64,000 nucleotides of DNA from Haliotis rufescens (taxonomy: Eukaryota): NCBI RefSeq assembly GCF_023055435.1, contig NW_025963924.1, forward strand, positions 5,270,001-5,334,000, given 5' to 3'. Positions 53,739 to 64,000 of the stretch are shown in pieces (the first letter of the stretch is position 1; each line of letters begins with the position of its first letter). A program made the translations under genes and the position numbers. The notes below the pieces were generated by a model. That model was not told the DNA's origin. It saw only the letters and a program-made list of their open reading frames with translations, and searched no databases.

Positions 53739-55854
53739 ACTATTTGTTTCCTCTGCTTTAAACCATAATCCATCTTGACTGTATATATTGTAAAAATGTT
53801 TTCATGTAAATACATATTGATAACTGTGTACACATTTTGTCGGCTTCGTTATTTTGTTCCTTCCTTGGGTCTGACATAGACGAGGAGGCAACATCAGAAC
53901 TGTAGAGGCAGGCTGAGAATATCCATCTTGGATGATGAGTGGGCCTCAGAGCACAGTTACCTCCCACCCCACTGAGGTTTACCATGAACCGGAAGGAAAT
54001 TAAGATAATATAGTGCCTTGTTTAAATGGGCTGATCAGTCCGTGCCAATGTTTTTAGTGTGACTTGGGATAGCTTAAATGTAAGATTAGACATTGTTGTT
54101 TGTCGCAAATCTTTCGTTAGCCACAGCCTTTGCAAGGTATTGATTCCAGCTTCCCATGACTTGACCCCAAGTTGAAAACCACTATGTGTGTTTCGGCTCG
54201 AAATATCCGGTGAACATTGTTGACAGTGGTTACTGCCAAATTTGACTGGAGTAGCCAGGCCGATACGTTGCGTTATAAGTGACAAGTGACAGGTCGGTCA
54301 GCATGCAACAGGAGAACAGCCCACAACCGATATTAATTAGGGTGGGCTGTTATGTCATTGTAGATAGCAAAGAAGGAAAATAATTGTGGTCTGAGGCCAG
54401 TGTTCTACTTCATTTGATCTTGGGGGTCATAGGTGAAAACACAGGGAAGCGGTCGTAAAATGCACGTGGCCGTGGGGGTCGGGTGGACAGCATTAGGCCG
54501 AGTCGAGCAGGTCGGGTGGGTTGATGTACCTTTTAAGTTGTTCCCCTCAACAGTGAAGGTGGGGAGGTGGGCTGTAGCTGGGGGTAGCTGGGTCCACTTG
54601 CGTCACCCCTGAGTGCAGGGAGGGACAGACGCAGTAGTTCAGAAGAGCAGTGATGGGGCACATCTTCCTCGATCAAGGGACTATTTCAGTAGCAGACGGT
54701 ACGAGGCTCGCCGGCCACGTCGATCCTGGACATGCCTATAGAGATATTAAATCAGAACGTGTCGTCTTTACATTGGTTTCTGATTCAATAAGGATGACGA
54801 ATTATTGTAATAAAGAACAATCGAGAAAACATTACTGTGTCGAAATTGCAAATCCAAAACCATCTTGAAATGGGACTTTTAATATGTCCCGCCTCTCTCA
54901 CAGAAAGGATATTTGGGTATTCACATATAGTTTACCTAATTACTTAGACGCTGTTGCTGTTATTTTGATATCTTATTCAATTCTGTAAAGAGTTCCGAGA
55001 GTATTACCAAGCGTTGCACAAATGTATGCAGGATCGGCTACATTCGGAAACAATCAACATTTGCGGCTTTTAGTATCTCCCGTGTCCCTCCTTACAGAAT
55101 GGATGTTTGGTTTTCAGCTTAATTTTTTCACATACTGCAAGGTATAGCGCATTTATTGATATATGACGGGATATCACTGAAAATATCTTACATGACTTAT
55201 AAAATCGCGGAACATTAAAGGTCATACTTCCACCATGAAATTGGACTAAAAGTCGGCAACTGTAAAGAATTGCGGCTTTTAGTATATCCCGCGTCCCTCC
55301 TCAGAGAATGGATGTTTAGTTTTCATCTTAATTTTTCCACATCCTACAAGATGTAGTGTTTTTAATGATATATGACCGGATATCGCTGACAAGCCCTACA
55401 GGACTTACAGATCGCGGAACACCAAGGGTCAAAAACTTCCACCATAAAATTTAACACGCAAAATCGGCAACCATCTTGCAAGAATTGCGACTTTTAGTAT
55501 CTCCCGCCCCCCTCCTCGCAGACGGGATATCTATCTATGGTTGTAATTTTGTCATATACTTGAGGATATAATCTTTTTAATGATGTATAGCACGACATCA
55601 TCGACAAAATCGTACATCAGTTATAAATAGCTGAACATATAGGTTTCAGACACTTGAAAATTGACTGATATAGTCGGCAACCATAAAGAATTGAGACTTT
55701 TAGTATCTCCCGACCCCTTCTCGCAGACGGGATATCTACCCATGGTTGTAATTTTGTCATATATTTGAGGACATAATCCTTTTAATGGTACATGTGTATA
55801 TAACACAATGTCATCGACAATATCGTACAGTACTAACAAATACGTGAACTTGGT

Positions 55855-55885
<31 letters not shown>

Positions 55886-56373
55886 CCAGATACTTGCACA
55901 CATGAAATTTGACTGAAAAAATGGGCAACCATCAAGAATGCTACTCTGAGTATCTCATGCAGTATCTCATGGGTAGTGGGATAGCCTAGTGGTTAAAGCC
56001 TTCGCTCGTCACGCTGAAGACCCGGGTTCGATTCTCGACAGGAGTACAATGTGTGAAGCCAATTCCTGGTGTCCCCCGCCGTGATATTGCTGGAATATTG
56101 CTAAAAGCGGTGTAAAACCCTACTCACTCATGCACGCCACCCAGCTCGCAGTCGGGATATTGATCTATCTTCGTTAATTCCCCACATTCTACCAGACGAC
56201 AAAATTTACGCTAGTCGAGCTCAGCCTGCAATGACGGACTTTACCGAGATGTGACGGAATCGCCTCTGTGACGTCATAATGGCAACGCCGCCATTGCTTG
56301 CGTAGCAACCAGATTTACATTTGGTCAAGTCTGATAGCTCTGCCAAAATTGTCTTTTTCCTTTTTTTACAAGC

Positions 56374-58315
56374 ATGAATGAGATTCACCTTCCAGATTTC
56401 CATCATCTTCAGAACGAGGGGGAACTGTAAGTAGATTTTTTTATATTCTTATATTGCACGTAGCGTGATGGAATCTCCAAATTAAATGTAACGGACGTTC
56501 TCGTTGCTAGGTCGCCATTTTGGACCCTGATTTCAAAGGGTATACCGAAGTGCATATGCCAATATCAGCGATCCCTCAAACAAAATTGCCCCATGCCGTT
56601 CCCGTTTTCAGACAGTATTAAGTATATTGGAAATCGCCGACAATATCATAGTGTGGCACGAGGTCATATAATACATTTTCGCCCCAAAACATGCCAATCC
56701 TGAGGACCACAATTCGCGCTACTTTAGGCTAAATTTCCCCTGTCTTTTGCCAGTTTACAAAGAGTTGTTACTGTCTGTTTACAGCATCAACCCTTCTCGT
56801 TTCTGGTTTGAACTAATCACTTCCCGGATCGACATCAATCATTCGTACGCCGAGAGGCTGCTCAGCTGGTGTGAAGATTGTAAAGGCAAGCTTGACACTG
56901 TCAGTCAAGACGGTAAGCATGCGATTACTTATTTAGATTAACCCTTTGACTTTAAAGTTCCTGTATTGTTGCTTTTAGCTATCATTTTGGTCTGTTATCG
57001 ACTTTGTTGAATGTCTGCATCGCGTTTTGGCTAATACTTTTGCGTTTTTGGTTTTTAGCATGTTCCGAGAGTTATGAGATTCGTCATCTTCTGGACTGCT
57101 ACCTGAAATCGTCCGAACAGGAGGCTAACCATATTCTCACCGTGTCACGTGATCTTACCGGCCAGAACGGATCCATCCGATCTCTAAAAAAGTGAGAAAA
57201 CTTATTGCATCTGTCGATGGTACTCCCGTGTGACTTCTGACTGTCTCGTTTTGAGTGAATGATTTATAAAATGGACAGTAGGGTATTCATGGTTGTTGGT
57301 GGTTATGTTTTCAGACTGACGTCTACTAACAGGAGAGGCGTGTCATCTGAGCACAAGGACCTGAGCCGGGAACTTCTGTCCCTGACTGAGAGACACAGGG
57401 TGTGCCTCAAACATCTCCAGGACGTGAAGGAGGTGAGTTGTTGTGGCGACTGCCTTCAGGATGAAGCGTTAATCATAATTTGTTTTGTATTCTCAATGCC
57501 ATACACATAATCGTATGTTCATCAAAGTAGAATACAACAAGTTGGATGTTTTCTCCTTCTTGGCAGAACGGAATAATGGCCATGACTGCCTCTCACAATT
57601 ATGAACGGAGAATAAGCGAGTTGAAGGCTGAGCTGGAGAAGGTGGGAGTGAAGTGTAAGAGATCCCGGCCCAGCATGGTAGAGAAGAAAGTTCGGACTCT
57701 GGAGTCCAAGCTGTTTAAATACGACCAGAAGAAGAGGACCCACAGAATCCATTACGAACGGCTATTGAAGGAGGAGAGTGAGCTTGTGAACAAGCTGAGA
57801 AAGGTGTGCATTTGAAAATAGGGGAGCTTACTTCTGTGTCTCCTGCCATTCCTACCCATTCTTGTGTTTGGTTCCTCTGTGTTAGAACTCTTTATCTTAA
57901 TCTTGATTAACCTTCTTTCTCTTTTTAAGTTAACTCTTCCCCTTACCGACACAAACAAACCCAAAACTACACAATGACATGCAAAACACAAATATCCGCT
58001 CTTGTTCATGTCTGTCTTTCGATATCTTGCCCTCATCTGTTTTCGTGCATGTTTCTGTCATTCTCCTGTTACTTTTTGTTTTTCCTTCTGTCATTTCTCT
58101 ATCAATTCCCTGTTTTGTTTGTCCCCTCTCTCCGCCCACCCAGACCTCTGACCATGCATGTCAAGAAGCATGTGCCCTGCAGAAGAGTCAGTTGGAGTCC
58201 TTGGTCTCCAGTCTCAGAGACTTTGTTGTCAAGACGTGCTCGTCTGACAACGCTGACAGGTACAGCAGTAGCATTGGCTTAACTGTGTCACGGTGTATTG
58301 TTCTGAAGTTCTGAT

Positions 58316-58352
<37 letters not shown>

Positions 58353-59419
58353 TATAAGAGAGCTGCAATCGTCGCATCAGTGTGTTATACGCAGTTCTAT
58401 GCTTTCTGATTATATTTTAAGCTATTCTTAAGGTCAGCTGTATTCCCTTTGCATAGCTTTGTTAGCTATCCTCTGTTTTGTTTGAAAAATGATAGGACGA
58501 CATAGCTGTCGATGACATTGTCAATGCCACCTGTGATGTGACCTCACGGAAATATATCTTCCCGGATGTTCAGGGTTGGCATCAGAAATTTGGCTTCTTG
58601 GAGAAAATTCCAACCTCGTTTATCCGAGCATCTGATGTGGTCATTAGACGAGATCTGAAGAAAGGCCTGACTGAGGAGAACTGCCTGGCACAAGAAGTCA
58701 TGTCAGCCATTGGCCAGCCAGTTCACAGGCGCAGATGCTGGATCTCTAAGTCTAGGACCAAGAATGGTGACGACGGTGACATCAATAACAATGAGACTGT
58801 TGCTGGTAAATAGAGCCTTACGTTATATCCCTCTCTGTGATAATGCTTTGTGTTGCCCGAAACTGTGGCTTGTGCAAACAATGTGGTAGAGTTGAATTAA
58901 TAGGATGTTTTGGAAGATGTAGACCTTCATCAAATGCCCGTGTCTTTCTTCAGCTGCAGTGGAGGACGACATTAAATACATGGAGGACGTTTATGTGCGA
59001 GTTGTCCGCCCCTTCAAGCCCACCCACCCTGAGCACCTCCAGCTGAATCTAGGTGAGTGTTCCCACCCAGCAGTGCCTGCAACACTCATGGGTCGGATGT
59101 AGGAGCGCCCATAGTTGCACATGGATGACCTTGCATGAATGCTGCATGTGTGAGGTTAAGCCTAAGTGGTCCTACTCTTTGTGAGCAGAAGTAGAGCGAA
59201 TGATTACTGGAAAAATGTGGATGATATTTGTATTTTTTTATACTTGTGTGGTTCTCTTGGGTTATGGTGTTACTTTTGTTTCTTGCAGGCATGCGCATCA
59301 AGCAAAAGTTCCCAATGGATGTGAGGGGCATGTCCTTTGGGTGGTGCCGGACTGGGCTTGTCGGCCGTAACAAACAGTATGGCTTCTACCCTGCTGACCA
59401 CGTGATTCTGGAGACATAG
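56374..59419 (+). pseudogene. PACSIN-like gene, copy 10, probably disrupted
   Basis: 43-nt deletion at ~58497 removes the exon-7 acceptor (ctgttgctgcag) and the first codons; the two nearest AGs give immediate stops; extra substitutions VGVKCKR, SAIG, WCRTG. Confidence 0.7.
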
Positions 59420-59749
59420 ACTATTTGTTTCCTCTGCTTTAAACCATAATCCATCTTGACTGTATATATTGTAAAAATGTTTTCATGTAAATACATATTG
59501 ATAACTGTGTACACATTTTGTCGGCTTCGTTATTTTGTTCCTTCCTTGGGTCTGACAAAGACGAGGATGCAACATCAGGACTGGAGAGGCAGGCTGCTGA
59601 GCAGGAACAGTACCATTGAGAGAAACAGATTCTCAGAGTGTGTCTGTACTAGTCTGGATAAATGGTGGTTTAGTGGTGCTCGCTGGTTGAGATATAATGC
59701 CATATTTAAACATACTTAAACACAGTTTACTGACAGGTATACAATGAGA

Positions 59750-59772
59750 TGTTAAACCCCATTTCACCTCAC
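59750..59772 (+). mobile_element. 3' tail fragment of SINE family A
   Basis: gttaaaccccatttcacctcac matches the ends of the 585 and 3202 copies. Confidence 0.5.
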
Positions 59773-60744
59773 TTCATATTCCTTCTGCATAAACAGACTG
59801 GGAACATCTTTGGCATCAATGCAGCCACATTTTTAACTTCCAAGACTAAGACTGGATTTCATGAACAAACAAAAGACAATTTAGTAAATGTTTATTTGTG
59901 ATCCATTAGTCTGTACCAGCAGACTGTAAAACATGATATGTGGAATGAATGATTTAAACGATGAGTATCATGGCCAACAAATCTCCCCACCATCAAAGTG
60001 AAAAAAAAAGTCAAGTTCTTATAGATTCAAACAAAATTCCACATCAAATACAGATTTTGATTCTGTTTGACCGAAGTTCTTATCAAGTATTGCAGAAATA
60101 TCTGTATTTAAGTATAAACAGTTGTTACACAGATGTAACCATTCACAAGGGGTGACATAAGAGAAACCTGGTGTGAAAAATCACATGGTCTTACATCACA
60201 GTTACAACAATGCTGGGAAGGCCTTAATACAAACACTTGGCACTGTGTCATCGATTATCAAGGGTACAATATCCCAACTGTACACTGACAAACACCAGAT
60301 ACCCATTCACTACCACAGCTACATCTCTAACATGGGACAGTGTGTCTCTCGCTCATTAGAGTGACTTGATTGTGGTTCTATTGATCTACGCGATATTGGA
60401 CTCGAATCGATCCTATGGTAGCAACTGGGTCCATCGTATCTATCAGAGCAGTACGGACACATAATACCCTGTATACTGATCATGTGGCATCTGAAATTGA
60501 CTTAGTTTGTTATATCAAATACAACCAGAGTAGCCCCAACAGGCAAATCACTTGGACGATTTAAGGATGTCTGCTGATCTCCGTTCAGTGCATGTAATTA
60601 TTTTTATTTATATCTGGTAAATTAAATTAAATAAATGTTAAAAATAACAATTTTTCCAAATAAAAAAGGAAGGGGGCTCGTGTGCATTCTATTGAGCAAA
60701 GCATGATTATCATTTACCGTTCCAAATACGTACTATACTATGAT

Positions 60745-60968
60745 TTTGTTTGTTGTTTAACACCGCACTCAGCAATATTCCAGCAATATGACAGCAGTCT
60801 GTAAATAATGGAGTCTGGACCAGACAATCCTGTGACTGACATCATGAGCATCAATCTGCGCAATTGGGATATGAAGAGATGCATCAACGCCTCTTACAAC
60901 AAGTATTGACTCTTTTTATGGCAAGCTTGGGTTGCCGAAGACCTTTTCTAACCCACATCTTCACCGGT
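60745..60968 (-). mobile_element. Interspersed repeat/SINE family C, reverse strand
   Basis: Homologous to 63113-63306 and 3880-3956; on the - strand ends gctggaatattgctgagtgcggtgttaaacaac, similar to the 3' ends of SINE B and D. Confidence 0.75.
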
Positions 60969-61875
60969 TCACTACACTTTGAAGGCATATAGGGAAATCG
61001 TTCACTGTTTTAATAGTTTGCATTAAAGTATCATTAATAGTATATTAATCTTTCTTAGACATAAAATATCTGAAGGCAAGTGCCCAATTTTTGGAGCAAG
61101 TGGATAAATACTTTCACATTTATTTCCACAATTTCTAACATGAAACTTTGTTCCATTGATGACGTCTTACAGTGCTATGGCATCGAAAACGATGTTACAA
61201 TGCAGAAACGTCTGATTTCGCTACTAACATTCTCTTTTTCACTAAGCAAAACATGACCACTCGTCAATTGAGACTTTTTGTCTAATTTGTAACACCACAT
61301 CACTGATGATGTGACTCATATAAGATTCTCGACTGTACTACTTTATCTTAGTGATAGATGTACTGAAAATATGTCGAAGCACTCCTGATTCACGACACAT
61401 TGAACACAAAACCTGCAGACATCCTTGATAGGACGTCCCACTCCACAGACCTGACTAGCCTGCAACAACGCTATTTTATTGATAACAGCTCTCGTTCTTG
61501 GCACTTGCATATAAACGTAAATATTTCATTTCGTGCATTTCATGTCCTTAAGATAATCAGAAATATTTCTTTGTGAGAGCACTCTCTACACTTACATCCT
61601 TTGTAGCCAACAGCTCGGAGAGATCACATATACTACTCAAAAGAAGTTAAGGACCATGCAATTCGGGTGGTCATTAACTTCTTTTTCGTAATATATATGA
61701 AATATCTTTTCTGCTATTATTATATAGTTTGTTGTACATGTTGTAGACATCAAGGAATTGTTCAGAAATTAACCCGTTTTCATTATGCATGGTGTGAATG
61801 ACTGCAGTGTATATTTTACACTGCATAGAGACTTGTACAACTTTAATAAGAAACATCACAAAGCATGTGTGACCA

Positions 61876-62428
61876 CATCTTCCCGAGGCAAGAGAGTTAA
61901 CTGACTTTAAAAGTCCAGTTTCCACCCTTGCCGAACTAGGCTGGAATTCCTGGGCTCGATCGTAGCGCCACCAGTGGCTATTACGAGTAATGTCCTTTCT
62001 ATGCCTCTCCTATTGACCAATCAGATTCAACCTATCGTATCACTAACATTTGCTTCAAACAAAACGGTGGCGCCCAGTCAAGATGATCAGATCGATAATC
62101 AAGATCTATATTGTGATCAAACGAGTCTTACATCGCGAAGTGCATCAAATTACGTGAGCACCTTGATCAAAACATGAAAAGATATAGAAAATATTTGTTG
62201 ACAACGAGCTAGCGGTGCACATGCTTTGCAAATCCTGCAGTCGACCGAACTATGCATGACACTTTACGAACCGGATTTCGATTTCGGTGCGCGATTTTGA
62301 TTGGACTATGTATAGACTCGTTAGTGCAGCCAAAATGTAACTCCATAATACCAGCCTAGTTCAGCAAGGGTGGAAACTGGACTTTTACAGTCAGTTAACA
62401 ACTTAACACACTTGCCTCAGGAAGATGG
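61876..62428. mobile_element. Non-autonomous TIR element (MITE-like), ~550 bp
   Basis: 61896-61944 and 62351-62399 are 49-bp inverted repeats with 2 mismatches; an outer imperfect pair catcttcccgaggcaag / cttgcctcaggaagatg extends them. Confidence 0.75.
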
Positions 62429-63112
62429 TGTGACCAAGACACAAGGCAGAAACTATCATCAAAAGACATGCCATTGTCTGAAACAGCAGCAAAATATATG
62501 AATAGGTGTGACAGGTTGTAAAAACACTACACTTGTGCAACAAACACATGGTACAGAAAGTTTGTACCACACAGATACAAACAGGATACACCTAATATTA
62601 AAGAAATTCAGCTCAGTTCCTTCATAATGCACACAGAGGTGGACAAATTGTTCATGCCATATGCAGTCCTGCTGCATGCATGTCACAGCTATTGAACCTG
62701 CTAAACTAAACACTAATCTAAAAATCATAAAAAATCAAACATTTAAAAAACAAAATAAATATGAAAAACATCACAGTAGTTTTTTTAAATATCTTAAGTT
62801 TCAGCATCTAGTTTAGCATATACAGGATCTAGTCATAATATTGCATACATTACAGAGAATATGGCTAGAACTGAAACATATAATTAGCCTTTTAAAAGAT
62901 CATAAGGCTTGTTTCACATGAGGAAAAAATAACCCAGTTTATCTCTCTGAATTATACTTATAACCAATATCATCCACAACTTGAAATTTAGGTAACTGGT
63001 GTACTAAGTTTTATTGATAACTGGCACACCTCGCATTATTTCTGATGATACACCTTTCATTGTTAATAGAAAGAGAGATTGACAAGTTACATGCGCCGGT
63101 TTTCTTTCACTT

Positions 63113-63306
63113 AATATATTCAATATGACAGCGGTCTGTAAATAATTGAGTCTCGACCAGACAATCAAGTGATTGACATTATGAGCATCGATCCACACAA
63201 TTGGGATACGATGACATGCATCAAGCGAGTCTGACCACCCGATCCCATTAGTATCCTCTTAGCATTGGTTACAGAAGACCAATTCTAACCCGGATTTTCA
63301 CAGGTC
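63113..63306 (-). mobile_element. Interspersed repeat/SINE family C, reverse strand, degraded
   Basis: Homologous to 60745-60968 and to the reverse complement of 3880-3956. Confidence 0.7.
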
Positions 63307-64000
63307 ACTGGTTTAAACAAAACAAACTAAATATTGTTAATTCAAGTGATATTTCTCAAAATAATAATAAGTCGCAATATGCTGGTAAACATATATGTCT
63401 AATAATCTCACCCTTGAGTAGAACTCATGATCAGTGTGTTCTAGTGAATAGCATATGTGTAAATTCTTACAGAAGGTTTTATGAAAGGGATGTTTGTACA
63501 CTCTGTGAGGGGGACATGATGACACTTTCCTTACGAGTCACAAATGAACTGGATTGGAATGATATTGTGTTACCACGGAATGCTTGGTCATCCACCGTTT
63601 ATCACACACTAAATAAAAAAATTTCAATATGTTCAGGGCCTACCTCCAGTAAGACACCCATTTCGTTTCAAAGCTTCAAGTGTCGTTTCAGTATGTTAAC
63701 ACATAGATATCTTCTCCTTATGTACTTTTCAAATTTCTTTCACTCAGTTTCACCTAGTTCAAAATAATCATGCAATTATACCACTCAACATTTGCTCAGG
63801 ACAACACCTTTGACGAAATACGACTATTTCAGTCCTTAGCAAATGTTGAGTACCGGTAGTATTGATTGCTAGAAGCCGTCACTCCTGGAAACTCGGATGT
63901 GGCGGGGTGATTATAACATATAGTGTACCATACGTATATAAATACATACACATTGCAAGGATGTGGAGAATAATCTCCTAAGATGAAGACTACAATTCTG

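Larger units (their letters stand above)
3960..59596 (+). repeat. Tandem array of ten ~5.7-kb gene-containing units (first unit 5'-truncated)
   Basis: ATG-to-ATG spacings 5727, 5714, 5688, 5722, 5731, 5703, 5666, 5722, 5775; the same ORF set recurs in every unit; unit junction gcaggctg|agaatatcc at 8208/8209, 13921/13922 etc. Confidence 0.98.

Noticed and set aside
3960-59596. Array as a pure assembly artefact
   Set aside because: Units carry structured, neighbour-shared substitutions and indels; not fully excluded without reads, and homopolymer or microsatellite lengths may include errors
59961-63767. Right-flank ORFs of 62-117 aa
   Set aside because: AT-rich, overlapping repeats, no motifs or consistent exon chain seen

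Overview
Animal genomic DNA, probably a mollusc; the SINE families resemble abalone (Haliotis-type) repeats from memory, unverified. About 56 of the 64 kb (3960-59596) is a head-to-tail array of ten near-identical ~5.7-kb units. The short ORFs repeating in the ORF track are exon fragments of one spliced + strand gene per unit. By hand it has 9 coding exons, all GT-AG with compatible phases, 1350 nt, 449 aa in copy 1. The protein has an F-BAR-like coiled-coil N-terminus and a C-terminal SH3 domain, and looks like a strongly diverged PACSIN/syndapin relative. Copies 1-9 look intact; copy 10 has lost a splice acceptor. Each unit also carries a tRNA-derived SINE, a CRE/X-box-like promoter, a (CT)n microsatellite, ~210-bp sub-repeats with a poly-G tract, and a ~1-kb spacer. 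Two sequence lineages are recombined along the array. The left flank holds the last two exons (EGF-like, ShKT) of a cysteine-rich protein gene, several SINEs and a small Penelope-like inverted-repeat element. The right flank holds SINE fragments and a ~550-bp TIR element. All family assignments come from by-eye motif comparison, not database searches.
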